In this document: piece by piece, positions 49,096-58,766 of the stretch | Layout: each line of letters begins with the position of its first letter | How positions within the stretch are numbered: position 1 is the first letter of the stretch | DNA from: Bacteriovoracaceae bacterium | GTDB taxonomy: Bacteria; Bdellovibrionota; Bacteriovoracia; Bacteriovoracales; Bacteriovoracaceae | DNA: 64,000 nucleotides | Assembly (NCBI GenBank): GCA_048270185.1 | Contig: JBLWTJ010000004.1 | Location: 1 to 64,000, forward strand | Direction of reading: 5' to 3' | The notes under the pieces: model-generated | What the model was told of the DNA's origin: nothing | Databases searched by the model: none | Seen by the model: only the letters and a program-made list of their open reading frames with translations | Made by a program: the position numbers and the translations under genes

Positions 49096-50561
49096 ATAGT
49101 AAATTTCTAAACATCTATATTGATAAAGTCAGCGCTTCTGAATTAAAAGAGCGCTGTCTTTCTACAAATTCTCAAAAAAAAGACGCTCAGTTATCAATTC
49201 AATCTAAGGCCAAAGGCCTTGAGTTCAAAGTCAATAATATAAAATTATTAACTAATTCATTAGATGAATACCTTTTTGGAAAAATCGAAAATGTACACTC
49301 ATATGAAAATATAATTTCAAAAACATTTGAGTATAAGAAGAAAGATGACTTAAGAATCTACTTGAAGTCACTAACTCAAATAAGTGAGTTAATTGGCTTT
49401 AATTCGGCTCAAATTCTTGTCCATCAAAAAGGGACAACAGATATATACTCATTAACTTATCGTAATGACGATTACATTGAAACATTTGAGGATCCACTTT
49501 TCTTCAACAATCTATTTAGTAAAGTTAAAAAGAGTAAGAACAAGTCATTTGATCAAAAAGAGCTTCTTAATAAGAATATTAAACTTGATGGTCACTTTCT
49601 GGCCAAAGAGATTCAACTAAAAGAGTTCAATTTACTTGTTCTCTTATCAAGAGATGACTTATTTCCTATAGCATTACAAGAGCGTGAGAGCTTTAATTTA
49701 TTTATTGCAAAGAGTATCCCTCGAATTTCAAATATAATTGCTTTTGAAAATAATCGTAAGAACAATCGAGAGAGAGATAATATCTTAAACAATTTCCCAA
49801 TTAATTCATTTGAGTTAAGTGATGATAGTGTCAGTATAAAATCTGCTCAGGAAGAATCTCATAAGCATGATACCAGTTCACTTCACCATGAGAGAATTCT
49901 ACTCATGGGTGACCTTTTAAATACATTAAGGCACGAATTAAGTAACCCACTCTTTGGAATCGACCTCTCTCACAATCTATTAAAAGAGCAGACAAGTGAT
50001 TTTGATGTTAAAGATACACTCGAGCATATATCAAGTAGCGTAAAAAGATCACAGGCAATTATTCAGGAGTTTTCAAATCTATATCAAGAAGATGAATCCT
50101 TAAGCACGATCTCAATAAAGAATCTCATAAGTGAAACAATCATTTTAACCAAATCTGAATCGAGATCTCACCGAGTAATTTTTGAAATGAATGATGATAT
50201 TGAAATACTAAGTAATGGAACTTTACTAAGTCAGGTTATATTTAATCTACTTATTAACAGTTCGCAATCACTGAATAATTCTAATATAACAGATACAAGA
50301 ATCGTAGTTCAGGTCATCGACAAGCAAGATAGCATTAATATTGATATCATTGATAATGGTGGTGGAATTCCCGAACATTTGAAAGAGAGTATTTTTAATC
50401 CATTCTTTACAACTAAAGATACTGGTACTGGTCTTGGTTTGGCCATTTGTCGTAATCTTTTAAAGAAAATCAGTGGGGATATTACCCTAGTAGACTCAGA
50501 TTATGGTGCGCATTTTAGGATTACTTTGAATAAGGGAATACATGAAAGTATTAGTCATTGA
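49050..50561 (+). CDS. soluble sensor histidine kinase (start uncertain)
   Basis: H-box RHELSNPL, N-box [30 protein letters not shown]; no TM seen. Confidence 0.92.
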   Translation: MEKQSNTTHSRFSYLDSKFLNIYIDKVSASELKERCLSTNSQKKDAQLSIQSKAKGLEFKVNNIKLLTNSLDEYLFGKIENVHSYENIISKTFEYKKKDDLRIYLKSLTQISELIGFNSAQILVHQKGTTDIYSLTYRNDDYIETFEDPLFFNNLFSKVKKSKNKSFDQKELLNKNIKLDGHFLAKEIQLKEFNLLVLLSRDDLFPIALQERESFNLFIAKSIPRISNIIAFENNRKNNRERDNILNNFPINSFELSDDSVSIKSAQEESHKHDTSSLHHERILLMGDLLNTLRHELSNPLFGIDLSHNLLKEQTSDFDVKDTLEHISSSVKRSQAIIQEFSNLYQEDESLSTISIKNLISETIILTKSESRSHRVIFEMNDDIEILSNGTLLSQVIFNLLINSSQSLNNSNITDTRIVVQVIDKQDSINIDIIDNGGGIPEHLKESIFNPFFTTKDTGTGLGLAICRNLLKKISGDITLVDSDYGAHFRITLNKGIHESISH

Positions 50562-50898
50562 GGATGAGCTTTTAATCCAAAAAACATTAATATCCTTCTT
50601 AAAAAGAAAGGGTGCAGATGTCCAAGCAACGGCCAGTGGGAAAGAGGCCATAGAAATGATCAAAGAGAATAATTTCGATCGCATAATTTGTGATTTAATG
50701 CTTCAAGATATTACAGGTTTTGATATAATAGAAGAGTCTAAAACAAAGTATAATGAGACTGAAATTGCTCAATTATTCTATATCATCACAGCATATAGTT
50801 CTGAGCAAATTGTTTCGCGTGCCTCACAATATGGCTGCAAGGTATTTCAAAAACCTTTTAATGATATTATTGGCTTTATTAGTGAAGTATTAAATTGA
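50542..50898 (+). CDS. single-domain response regulator
   Basis: VLVIEDE, phospho-Asp in ICDLML, ITAY, KPF. Confidence 0.92.
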   Translation: MKVLVIEDELLIQKTLISFLKRKGADVQATASGKEAIEMIKENNFDRIICDLMLQDITGFDIIEESKTKYNETEIAQLFYIITAYSSEQIVSRASQYGCKVFQKPFNDIIGFISEVLN

Positions 50899-50905
50899 GG
50901 TATAT

Positions 50906-51799
50906 ATGACAAGTATTAACAAAGTAGCGATTCTTTTAAAGCCAAAAGTCATTACAGAATTTAATACAGTCCTTCCCAATTTAACTAATTGGCTTAAAAG
51001 AAGAAAAATTGAAATCTTTTTTGAAGAGAGCCAAGAATCCCGAATCAAGAAAATTTTTAAAAATGCCAAAACAGACTTTTCTTTCATAACAAGAGATGAG
51101 ATTTCTAAGAAGTGTAAAATTCTAATCACATTAGGAGGCGATGGAACTCTCATTGGAGCGGCCAGAACTAAAGAGATTAAGAAACTTAATATTTTTGGTA
51201 TCAACATGGGGAATCTCGGTTTTATTGCTGAATTTTCCAAACAAGATTTTTATGATGGGTTAGAGCTGGCCTTAAGAGGAAAGTTAAAGACAAGAAAAAT
51301 CCAAATGTATCAAGCGCAGATAAAAAGAGAGAAGCAAAAGCCCATTACTCTCAATTTTCTAAATGATGCCGTTATTACTAAATCAGGTATTTCTCGAATG
51401 TTTGATCTTGAACTCGAGTCAAATGGTGAAAGTATTTATAACCTAGCAGGAGATGGACTAATTGTGAGTACACCGATTGGTTCAACAGCTTACTCTCTCG
51501 CCGCTAATGGACCAATTGTTCATCCAAGTGTGAAAGGAGTTGTTTTAAATCCAATTTGTCCCCATGCTTTAACTCACAGGCCAATGGTTCTTCCTGACAA
51601 TGAAACACTCAGTATCATTATTCCTCGAGGACAGGAAGATATCTATCTTACTATTGATGGACAAGAAGAGTACCGACTTGAACCAAAAGATATCATTACG
51701 ATCAAAAAGTCTCGTAGTCATCATGTTAACTTCTATATCAATGAAGAGAGAAATTACTTTAGGACATTAAAAGAGAAGTTTAAATACGGTCGTCGTTAA
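50906..51799 (+). CDS. nadK: NAD kinase
   Basis: LGGDGT, GNLGF, LND, DGLIVSTPIGSTAYSLAANGP. Confidence 0.96.
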   Translation: MTSINKVAILLKPKVITEFNTVLPNLTNWLKRRKIEIFFEESQESRIKKIFKNAKTDFSFITRDEISKKCKILITLGGDGTLIGAARTKEIKKLNIFGINMGNLGFIAEFSKQDFYDGLELALRGKLKTRKIQMYQAQIKREKQKPITLNFLNDAVITKSGISRMFDLELESNGESIYNLAGDGLIVSTPIGSTAYSLAANGPIVHPSVKGVVLNPICPHALTHRPMVLPDNETLSIIIPRGQEDIYLTIDGQEEYRLEPKDIITIKKSRSHHVNFYINEERNYFRTLKEKFKYGRR

Positions 51800-52514
51800 G
51801 TTCTAAAAACTCAAACTCAGAATCGATTTTAAGATACTTCTTTGTGACAGGAACATAACCACAATTATAGTATTCAATATCTATATCTTTATAAGCATCT
51901 TGAAAGTGACTATGACCACATACAATTATATCAACATTGTATTCACTAGCGGCTATAGCGGCTGACCTTCTAAATTTATCCCTAATAGCAAGGTTACTCT
52001 GCGTATGGCCGTATCTTTTTTCATTGCGATGACGGCTCTTTTTCGAAAGATAGTCACCTATTACTTTTACAATTTTATAATTAAAAATATACTTTGAGAC
52101 TAAAGAAAGAGGAAAACTACGAATAAAAGCTCTCCAAACTTTATAGTTAAAGTTTTCGATTTCAATTTCATCACCATGACAAAATAAAACTTTCTTATCA
52201 TTTATGATTTCAACAAATGGCTTTGTTCTTATGATAATTCCATTTGAAGTCATTAAATCTTCAATATGAAAGTCATGATTTCCTTGAATATAGAATACAG
52301 TTATTCCACATTTCGTAAGCTCTCTAATACGATCGAAAAACCAATTATAGTGGCTTTCATATTCTCGATAACTCCCAACCATAAGATCAAAGATATCACC
52401 TAGTAAATAAATACGATCGCCTGCTTTAAAATCAAGAGCAAGGAATGACTTGAGATACTCAGCGTTCTTCAAGTCCCATTTAACATGTATATCTGAGATT
52501 ACATAATTGGTCAT
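51780..52514 (-). CDS. lpxH: UDP-2,3-diacylglucosamine diphosphatase (LpxH-like)
   Basis: ISDIH, LGDIFD, GNHD, CHGD, CGHSH metallophosphoesterase motifs. Confidence 0.85.
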   Translation of the reverse strand: MTNYVISDIHVKWDLKNAEYLKSFLALDFKAGDRIYLLGDIFDLMVGSYREYESHYNWFFDRIRELTKCGITVFYIQGNHDFHIEDLMTSNGIIIRTKPFVEIINDKKVLFCHGDEIEIENFNYKVWRAFIRSFPLSLVSKYIFNYKIVKVIGDYLSKKSRHRNEKRYGHTQSNLAIRDKFRRSAAIAASEYNVDIIVCGHSHFQDAYKDIDIEYYNCGYVPVTKKYLKIDSEFEFLELNDDRI

Positions 52515-52544
52515 ATTAAAATGATAGATGATTTAATTAGATAA

Positions 52545-53216
52545 TCATAGAAGATCTTTTAAGAGTTTATCACAACCTTTTTGTAATTTACGCACCTCTT
52601 TTTGATATTCCTTATTACCATCCACAGCAACTGCGATTCGATAGGCGCCATAAGGAAAGCGTGATATCTGATAAGGCTTAATCTTCTTTGTGTCGACAAC
52701 TTGGCCTTTTACATGAACCTTTTCTTTTGCGAACTTAACTTCGAAATTTAAAGAGTCGTTCTTTAACTGAAAGAGCTGATCATATTGTGAAGCACCTAAA
52801 ATAAAAGAAATACCACCTTCACTAATGTCATAGACTTCATACTTTATATTTTGGAAATAACTATAGAGGGGGCTTAGTGGTTCAAACCTCTCAAACTCTC
52901 TTCTCTCTAATCGCTTCTCTTTTATTGGATATGAAATTTCTAAACTATTGCCATGTATGGCACTTAATTCACTGACAAAAATTAATTGTAGATCTGGAAT
53001 ATAGAACTTTAAAAGACTCGGCCCTCGTAGGAAATGTGCGAGACTATCTTTCAATCCTTCTTCAATGGTCATAAATAAATTCTTGGCAAATGAATTTAAG
53101 CTTTTAAGTCGAACGGGAAGTCTAACAATATTACCCTCGATAATGTCCCAAATAATAACTTCATTATTCTCATTGATCGATTCGATAATATCTTGTTCAA
53201 ATTTATTCTTCTTCAT
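52545..53216 (-). CDS. PilZ-domain c-di-GMP receptor (YcgR-like layout)
   Basis: RxxxR (RREFER) and DxSxxG (DISEGG) after an N-terminal beta domain. Confidence 0.8.
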   Translation of the reverse strand: MKKNKFEQDIIESINENNEVIIWDIIEGNIVRLPVRLKSLNSFAKNLFMTIEEGLKDSLAHFLRGPSLLKFYIPDLQLIFVSELSAIHGNSLEISYPIKEKRLERREFERFEPLSPLYSYFQNIKYEVYDISEGGISFILGASQYDQLFQLKNDSLNFEVKFAKEKVHVKGQVVDTKKIKPYQISRFPYGAYRIAVAVDGNKEYQKEVRKLQKGCDKLLKDLL

Positions 53217-53239
53217 TACGACTCATTTTCCTTTCCAAC

Positions 53240-53266
53240 AAAGCCTTGAGTATTTCTACTCAAGGC
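53240..53266 (-). terminator. hairpin terminator after flagellin 1
   Basis: GCCTTGAGTA-GAAA-TACTCAAGGC then TTTGTT on the minus strand. Confidence 0.65.
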
Positions 53267-53330
53267 GATGAATGGAATAACATTCCTTATTATCAGAAAG
53301 GAGGGGGCCTTTAACGACCCCATTAAATTA

Positions 53331-54161
53331 TTAACCTACTAATCTAAGCGCTGATGCTTGAATATTATTAGCCTGCGCTAATGCAGCAATACCAGCTTGT
53401 TTTGATACGTTTGCTGAAGCAAGACGAGATGACTCGTATGCTACGTCAGCATCTTCAATTACTGATCTCGATGCATCCTGGTTTACTGCCTGGATCTCAA
53501 GGTTACTTACAGTTGACTGAAGTCTTGACTGAATCGCACCTAGATTTGCACGTTGAGCAGAAATATTTGTAATGGCCTCATCCACATTCTCCATTGACGA
53601 TCGAGCATCATCCTTAGAGGCGACGCTCAGGCCTGAAATATTTAAGTTAGAAGCTGTGGCATTTGTCGCACTAGGGTCGTATTGAATCGCCCCGTGTTCA
53701 CCTGCAAATGTCCCAACTTGGATATCCATTTCTGGACCCGTACCATTTAATAATGGTGTTCCTGAGAAAAAAGTTGATTCCGCAATACGGTCAACCTCTT
53801 TAACGAGTTGTTGATATTCTTTATCCAAGAAACCTCTCTCAGTATCACCGATTGTATCCGAAGCGGCCTGTACCGAAAGCTCCCTCAAACGAATCAGAAT
53901 ATTACCTGTTTCATTCATGGCCCCTTCTGCCGTCTGGATCATCGAGATACCATCATTTGCGTTTCTTGCAGCCTGTCTCAGACCTTTCGTCTGTGCTTCC
54001 ATATTCTTAGCAATGGCTAAACCGGCAGCATCGTCGGCTGATTTGTTAATCCTCTTACCACTAGAGAGCTTCTCCAGTGTATCTCCGGATGCTTTCCCGG
54101 ACGTTTTCAAGTTCTTCTGCACCATCTGTGCAGCTGTGTTAGTAGCAATACGTAAACCCAT
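53331..54161 (-). CDS. fliC: flagellin (276 aa)
   Basis: LSSGKRINKSADDAAGLAI, QRANLGAIQSRL, ALAQAN. Confidence 0.98.
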   Translation of the reverse strand: MGLRIATNTAAQMVQKNLKTSGKASGDTLEKLSSGKRINKSADDAAGLAIAKNMEAQTKGLRQAARNANDGISMIQTAEGAMNETGNILIRLRELSVQAASDTIGDTERGFLDKEYQQLVKEVDRIAESTFFSGTPLLNGTGPEMDIQVGTFAGEHGAIQYDPSATNATASNLNISGLSVASKDDARSSMENVDEAITNISAQRANLGAIQSRLQSTVSNLEIQAVNQDASRSVIEDADVAYESSRLASANVSKQAGIAALAQANNIQASALRLVG

Positions 54162-54220
54162 AATTTTCTCCTTTCCTCTGCCCTACTGTGACTTCAGGCA
54201 AACCCGTATTTACTATTACC

Positions 54221-54248
54221 TGTTCGTAATACTCGGGTAATTACTTTA
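54221..54248 (-). promoter_or_regulatory. candidate sigma28 promoter of flagellin 1
   Basis: TAAA-N16-TACGAACA. Confidence 0.4.
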
Positions 54249-54378
54249 GTAAATCCCTCAGGTTTTTGGGAAAAAGTGCTCTGTTTTGACTGATTTTAAT
54301 GACTTATATCAATATAGCTCAATATTTTTTAATGGTTTCAATGCCTTAAATTGCCAAGGAAATTTGTCGTTTTACTTG

Positions 54379-54526
54379 TTGGGTGTTGTATGTGTAGTTG
54401 GTTCACCTGACCTTATGAACAGGAAGTTCTGTATGTCAGCGTGAGACAGGAGCCGAAGCTGACCCCATACTGGTCGGTCGTCGTTGTTCGGCTTCATTTT
54501 GCCTTAGTGGCAAATGACGCATCCAA
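54379..54526 (+). ncRNA. candidate structured non-coding RNA or palindromic element
   Basis: GC-enriched ~150 nt; closing stem plus several internal hairpins whose mismatches are G-U on the plus strand. Confidence 0.45.
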
Positions 54527-54554
54527 AAAAAGGGCCCTTGTGATAAGGGCCCTT
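54525..54554 (-). terminator. intrinsic terminator after flagellin 2
   Basis: AAGGGCCCTT inverted repeat followed by a T tract on the minus strand. Confidence 0.8.
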
Positions 54555-54584
54555 GAAGTGTTGCATTCGAATTTGGTTTTTTTA

Positions 54585-55418
54585 TTAACCGATCAGTCTT
54601 AGTGCAGCTTGATTAGAGTTATTAGCTTGCGCTAGTACAGAAGTCGCTGAGTTAGTAAGGATATTTGCCTTAGCTAAGTTTGCAGACTCTGATGCTACAT
54701 CAGTATCTTTAATTCGTGAGTTAGCGGCACTCATATTCTCGTTAGAGATTTCTAGGTTGTTAATTGTCGACTGTAGTCTGTTTTGTAACGCCCCTAGTTC
54801 CGCTCTACCACCAGATACTTTTGTCATGGCAGCATCAATAGCTTCTAAGTTATTTTGAGCATCTTCTTTAGAAGAAACTGAAAGCCCGCTAACACCTAAA
54901 TCTTCTGTTTTAACAGAAACTGTTGATGGCTTGTAAGTAATTCTATCATTTGTTGCGTCGTTATTCAGACCAACTTGGAATTCCTTATCAGTACCTTCAC
55001 CATTGATTAGTTTTGTACCGTTAAATTGTACTGATTCTGAAATTCTATCAATCTCTTTCGTTAATTGTTGGAATTCTTTATCAGTAAATTCTCTTTCAGT
55101 ATCTCCAATCGTATCTGATGCTGATTGAATTGAAAGTTCTCTTAGACGTACTAAGATATTTCCAACTTCGTTCATACCACCTTCAGCGATTTGGATCATC
55201 GAGATACCATCACCAGCGTTTCTTGTCGCTTGTTGAGTACCTCTGATGTTTGCTCTTAACTTTTCCGATATTGCTAAGCCGGCAGCATCATCACTGGCCT
55301 TATTAATTCTTGAACCTGATGATAATTTATTTAAAGAATCATCTTGTTGTCTCTTAACTTGACCTAAACTTCTTTGTGCTGCAATTGACTGAGTATTCGT
55401 GTTAATTCTTAATCCCAT
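54585..55418 (-). CDS. fliC: flagellin (277 aa)
   Basis: MGLRINTN start at 55418 with GAGGAG SD; LSSGSRINKASDDAAGLAISE, RAELGALQNRL, VLAQAN. Confidence 0.98.
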   Translation of the reverse strand: MGLRINTNTQSIAAQRSLGQVKRQQDDSLNKLSSGSRINKASDDAAGLAISEKLRANIRGTQQATRNAGDGISMIQIAEGGMNEVGNILVRLRELSIQSASDTIGDTEREFTDKEFQQLTKEIDRISESVQFNGTKLINGEGTDKEFQVGLNNDATNDRITYKPSTVSVKTEDLGVSGLSVSSKEDAQNNLEAIDAAMTKVSGGRAELGALQNRLQSTINNLEISNENMSAANSRIKDTDVASESANLAKANILTNSATSVLAQANNSNQAALRLIG

Positions 55419-55420
55419 TT

Positions 55421-55512
55421 TATTCTCCTCGAATAAGCAACCTCCTTGTGTAATTTGCGTTGAAACTCCGTGTTTCAACAATTAAATCCCAACAGCCAGT
55501 CCCATCCGGCTG
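55421..55512 (-). promoter_or_regulatory. flagellin 5' UTR with GGA-loop hairpins (CsrA/RsmA-type sites)
   Basis: CAGCCGG-AUGGGA-CUGGCUG; GUUGAAAC-ACGGA-GUUUCAAC; ACAAGGA; UAUUC-GAGGA-GAAUA over the SD. Confidence 0.65.
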
Positions 55513-55520
55513 CAATACCC

Positions 55521-55547
55521 ATAACGGTTACTCGGAAATATTCTTGA
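55521..55547 (-). promoter_or_regulatory. candidate sigma28 promoter of flagellin 2
   Basis: TCAA-N15-ACCGTTAT just upstream of the structured leader. Confidence 0.5.
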
Positions 55548-55576
55548 GAGAAAAGTGGAAGAATTTTAACTTTTTT

Positions 55577-55879
55577 TTAAGATAACCGACTGCTCAGATC
55601 AAGCATATAGTCGACCATTTCACTATGACATTCAATTTTATGGTCAATTGGAAATCGATTTTTTAAAGACGTATTAACAAAGGCGACATCACCATCAAAG
55701 TAGAAATGCTTCTTTCTAAGATGGCCAAGTTTATAATCAATATCATCAAAAAGAATAACGACGGGAAGTCCAAATTTTAAACTACTCTTAATTGACATTA
55801 GAATATGAGTATATGGTACTTCTAGTTCAGCGATTTGCTTCGATATTAAAATATGATCTTCTTTAAAATGCAGAAACAA
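55577..55879 (-). CDS. hypothetical protein
   Basis: 100-aa ORF abutting the rfaE2 stop. Confidence 0.5.
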   Translation of the reverse strand: MFLHFKEDHILISKQIAELEVPYTHILMSIKSSLKFGLPVVILFDDIDYKLGHLRKKHFYFDGDVAFVNTSLKNRFPIDHKIECHSEMVDYMLDLSSRLS

Positions 55880-56338
55880 TTAAGAACGACCTTGAATCTT
55901 TTCAATGAGGTTTGTCGTTGAATAGCCGTCTTCAAAATTAAGACTTAGAACTTCTCCACCATTAGCTGTGACAATATCGTGACCGATAATACTTTCTATC
56001 GGCCAGTCACCACCCTTAACTAGTACATTTGGTTGGATGGCCTGAATCAGATCATATGGGGTATCTTCTTCGAAAATAAACACCTTAGTTACAGACTTTA
56101 GGTTTTCAAGCATAAAGCTACGATCAAGCTCTCCGTTAACAGGACGATCTTCACCCTTTAATCGCTTAACACTTTGATCAGAATTAAGTCCAATAACTAG
56201 TGCATCTCCAAGTTTAGCCGCTTCGTTGAGATACATAATGTGTCCACGGTGAAGAATATCAAAGCATCCATTTGTAAAAACAATTTTTTTATTAGCTAAT
56301 TCAGATTGAATATAGTCACTTGCTTCTTGGTATTTCAT
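55880..56338 (-). CDS. rfaE2: D-glycero-beta-D-manno-heptose 1-phosphate adenylyltransferase
   Basis: VFTNGCFDILHRGH, GLNSDQSVKRLKGEDRP, LVKGGDW, STTNLI. Confidence 0.95.
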   Translation of the reverse strand: MKYQEASDYIQSELANKKIVFTNGCFDILHRGHIMYLNEAAKLGDALVIGLNSDQSVKRLKGEDRPVNGELDRSFMLENLKSVTKVFIFEEDTPYDLIQAIQPNVLVKGGDWPIESIIGHDIVTANGGEVLSLNFEDGYSTTNLIEKIQGRS

Positions 56339-57036
56339 TATTTCTTCTTTAAGTTATTCCCAAAAAACTTCTTATCGAGACCTAAAAGATACGGCAACCC
56401 AAGAAGTGGAATCGATAGGAATTCAAATAGTGTGCGTTCAATGATTGTATTGAATGCAGCTTCATTTGATTGCTTTGGCTTAAGTCCAAACACAAATTGA
56501 CCAAGAGTTGATCTGTATACCGAAGTAACACGATAAATTAAATGTATTAAAACAAATAGAGTGATCAAGTAACGATAGCTTGAATTCTTAAGCGTCAAAG
56601 TTAAGAATGATTCAAATGACATTCCACTGGCCAAAAACATTGATGAAATAATAACAGCGAAAATCATCATTGAAATAGTCATATCAACAACGAAAGCACC
56701 AAATCTTAAATACATTGGTACGGCCTTAGCGGCACTATTAATTTCAATTTCGCGATTAACCTGAGGAATCTCTTTTTCTGTACCTTTTCGATAGAAGGCC
56801 TCAAGCTCTGTTGGCACACTCATTTCTTTTTCACGGCCAAGAACTTTATTGAAATTATTTATATGATTCTGAGTTGGTGTAACTTCAATCTTTGCAGTCT
56901 TTAAATTGTTTAAAGTATTCGACTTTCCGTGATGAAAACCAAGGCCTTCATTTATAGGCTTAAATGGAATATCTTCTATATCAAAGTCGTCAAAATTCAC
57001 TTGTTTCTTACTCGCTTGGTGTGTTTCTAAATTCAT
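56338..57036 (-). CDS. RDD family membrane protein
   Basis: LRFGAFVVD, TM segments, STLGQFVFGL. Confidence 0.7.
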   Translation of the reverse strand: MNLETHQASKKQVNFDDFDIEDIPFKPINEGLGFHHGKSNTLNNLKTAKIEVTPTQNHINNFNKVLGREKEMSVPTELEAFYRKGTEKEIPQVNREIEINSAAKAVPMYLRFGAFVVDMTISMMIFAVIISSMFLASGMSFESFLTLTLKNSSYRYLITLFVLIHLIYRVTSVYRSTLGQFVFGLKPKQSNEAAFNTIIERTLFEFLSIPLLGLPYLLGLDKKFFGNNLKKK

Positions 57037-57070
57037 CCCTAAACCCTCTTATAATAGGATGACACATTTT

Positions 57071-57793
57071 TTATTTAACATCAAATTTTCCAAGCACATA
57101 TCCCACAATAGTTGAGACAGCATTCTCTGTTTTAAGAATTGGTGTCGGAAGTTTTAGGCCATAGACATTTGACTCTTTTAACACAAGATCTTCTTCTCTT
57201 GTAGAAAGTCCGCCTTCTGGTCCAATAATCAATAAAACTCGTATATCTTCTAAGTTTAATTCTTCTTTTATTTTTAATTCTTTGCTTTCTCTCAACGTTG
57301 TTAAAAGAATGACGTCGTATTCTTTAAATATTTCAAAGAGTCCATCAAGACTTTCTACTTCATTATGAATAATTGGTAGATAAGGATTATTTGATTGAAT
57401 TAATGCACTTTCGATGACAGAGCTTACACGATCAGTATTCTTAATGGACCATTGAGAAAAGTCCGCTCTAAACGGATAAACTTCACTAACACCAACTTGT
57501 GTTGCATTTTTAAGAGCAGCTTCAAAAGCCTCTCTCTTTGGTAGTCCTATCGCAATATCAATACGTGATTTCTGTTGTGCCTTTTCAAATGAAGTTACTC
57601 TTAATGAAACTTCTTTCTTCGTACAATTAATAACTTCACTATTATAGCGTCCCCCCTTTCCATCAAGGAGTAGGACCTCATCACCATTTTTTACACGCGC
57701 TACTTTCAGGAGATGATGACTGCGATCATCTGAAATTCTAAGGATTCCATCAATTGAAGGCTCTAAATCTTCTCTCGTAAAAATAGCTCGCAT
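57071..57793 (-). CDS. rsmE: 16S rRNA m3U1498 methyltransferase
   Basis: HHLLKVARV, ATQVGV, IIGPEGGLS, ILKTENA. Confidence 0.93.
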   Translation of the reverse strand: MRAIFTREDLEPSIDGILRISDDRSHHLLKVARVKNGDEVLLLDGKGGRYNSEVINCTKKEVSLRVTSFEKAQQKSRIDIAIGLPKREAFEAALKNATQVGVSEVYPFRADFSQWSIKNTDRVSSVIESALIQSNNPYLPIIHNEVESLDGLFEIFKEYDVILLTTLRESKELKIKEELNLEDIRVLLIIGPEGGLSTREEDLVLKESNVYGLKLPTPILKTENAVSTIVGYVLGKFDVK

Positions 57794-57797
57794 CTAA

Positions 57798-58766
57798 TTA
57801 TTCCTTTTGTAGAAGTATTGCAGACCAATCACCCTTTGAAAGGACATCAATATTCTTTAAGCAATTATATTCTTCAAGAACTGTATCTACTTGATCATTT
57901 AATATCCCCGAAAGAATCAGATATGAACCGCTCTCTAATGAATCTAATAGAATTTCTTTTTCACTTTGAAGTACATGAAGAAGAATATTTGCAAAAACTA
58001 CTTTATACTTATCAGTTAGCTCAAAGCGACGACGAGCAATAAGACGATGTCCATCCATACGGTCAGCTTCTAAGTTTAGCTTTAAATTCTCGTGACAATT
58101 ATCAAGGGCAGCAGGATCAATATCGACAAAATCAACAAGCGTATTATTCTTCTTTATTGCACCAATTCCAAGGATTCCAGAACCACAACCAAAATCTAGG
58201 CAAAGGTCTTTATCCTTTATCTCGTGCTTGATATTCATATAGTGCTTAAGACATAAATATGTCGTCTCATGTTCACCAGTTCCAAATCCCATACCAGGAA
58301 TAATATAAATATTGTCGTTATTAGATTTATAGTCTTCTTCTTTAAACCACTCAGGAACAACACTTAGGTCTTTTGTTACTTCTATAGGAGCATAGTGCTT
58401 CTTCCAAACTTCATTCCAATCAGAATACTCTTCATCTATTAACTCAACAGTTAAATCCATTGATTCAATGGCCTTAACAAAGTCATGGGCCCTAGATATA
58501 TCACCTTGAAAGAAGAAGTAGTTGAACTTTTTTACATCCTCTTCTTTTGATAATTCAATTATTTCATCGATAACTGATTCTGGAACATCTCCACCAGAAT
58601 AAGCTCTCTCCCCCAGAATTTCGTCAACTTGTGCTTCTTCTAAGGAAAACTCTTCAATTCCATCTACTTCAAAATCATTGAGCGCTATTTTATTCACTTC
58701 TTCACATTGATTACTTGAAGTGTATTCAACAGTTACAATTTTAAAGGTTTCAGTTTTTACAGACAT
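57798..58766 (-). CDS. prmA: ribosomal protein L11 methyltransferase
   Basis: DWNEVWKKHY, PGMGFGTGEHETT, LDFGCGSGIL, ANIL, LSGIL. Confidence 0.95.
   Translation of the reverse strand: MSVKTETFKIVTVEYTSSNQCEEVNKIALNDFEVDGIEEFSLEEAQVDEILGERAYSGGDVPESVIDEIIELSKEEDVKKFNYFFFQGDISRAHDFVKAIESMDLTVELIDEEYSDWNEVWKKHYAPIEVTKDLSVVPEWFKEEDYKSNNDNIYIIPGMGFGTGEHETTYLCLKHYMNIKHEIKDKDLCLDFGCGSGILGIGAIKKNNTLVDFVDIDPAALDNCHENLKLNLEADRMDGHRLIARRRFELTDKYKVVFANILLHVLQSEKEILLDSLESGSYLILSGILNDQVDTVLEEYNCLKNIDVLSKGDWSAILLQKE

Noticed and set aside
54197..54240. c-di-GMP-I riboswitch suggested by GGCAAACC
   Set aside because: Wrong strand for flagellin, and lacks the GAAA-loop stem and GCAAAGC segment.
54379..54526. 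SRP, 6S, RNase P or tmRNA identity for the structured element
   Set aside because: Only short chance matches (AGGUCAGGU, GAAGCUGACC); the conserved cores are absent.
55419..55481. N-terminal extension of flagellin 2 in the ORF track (similarly pilA 18493-18516 and aroE 23509-23535)
   Set aside because: The downstream ATGs match family N-termini and have SD sequences or translational coupling.
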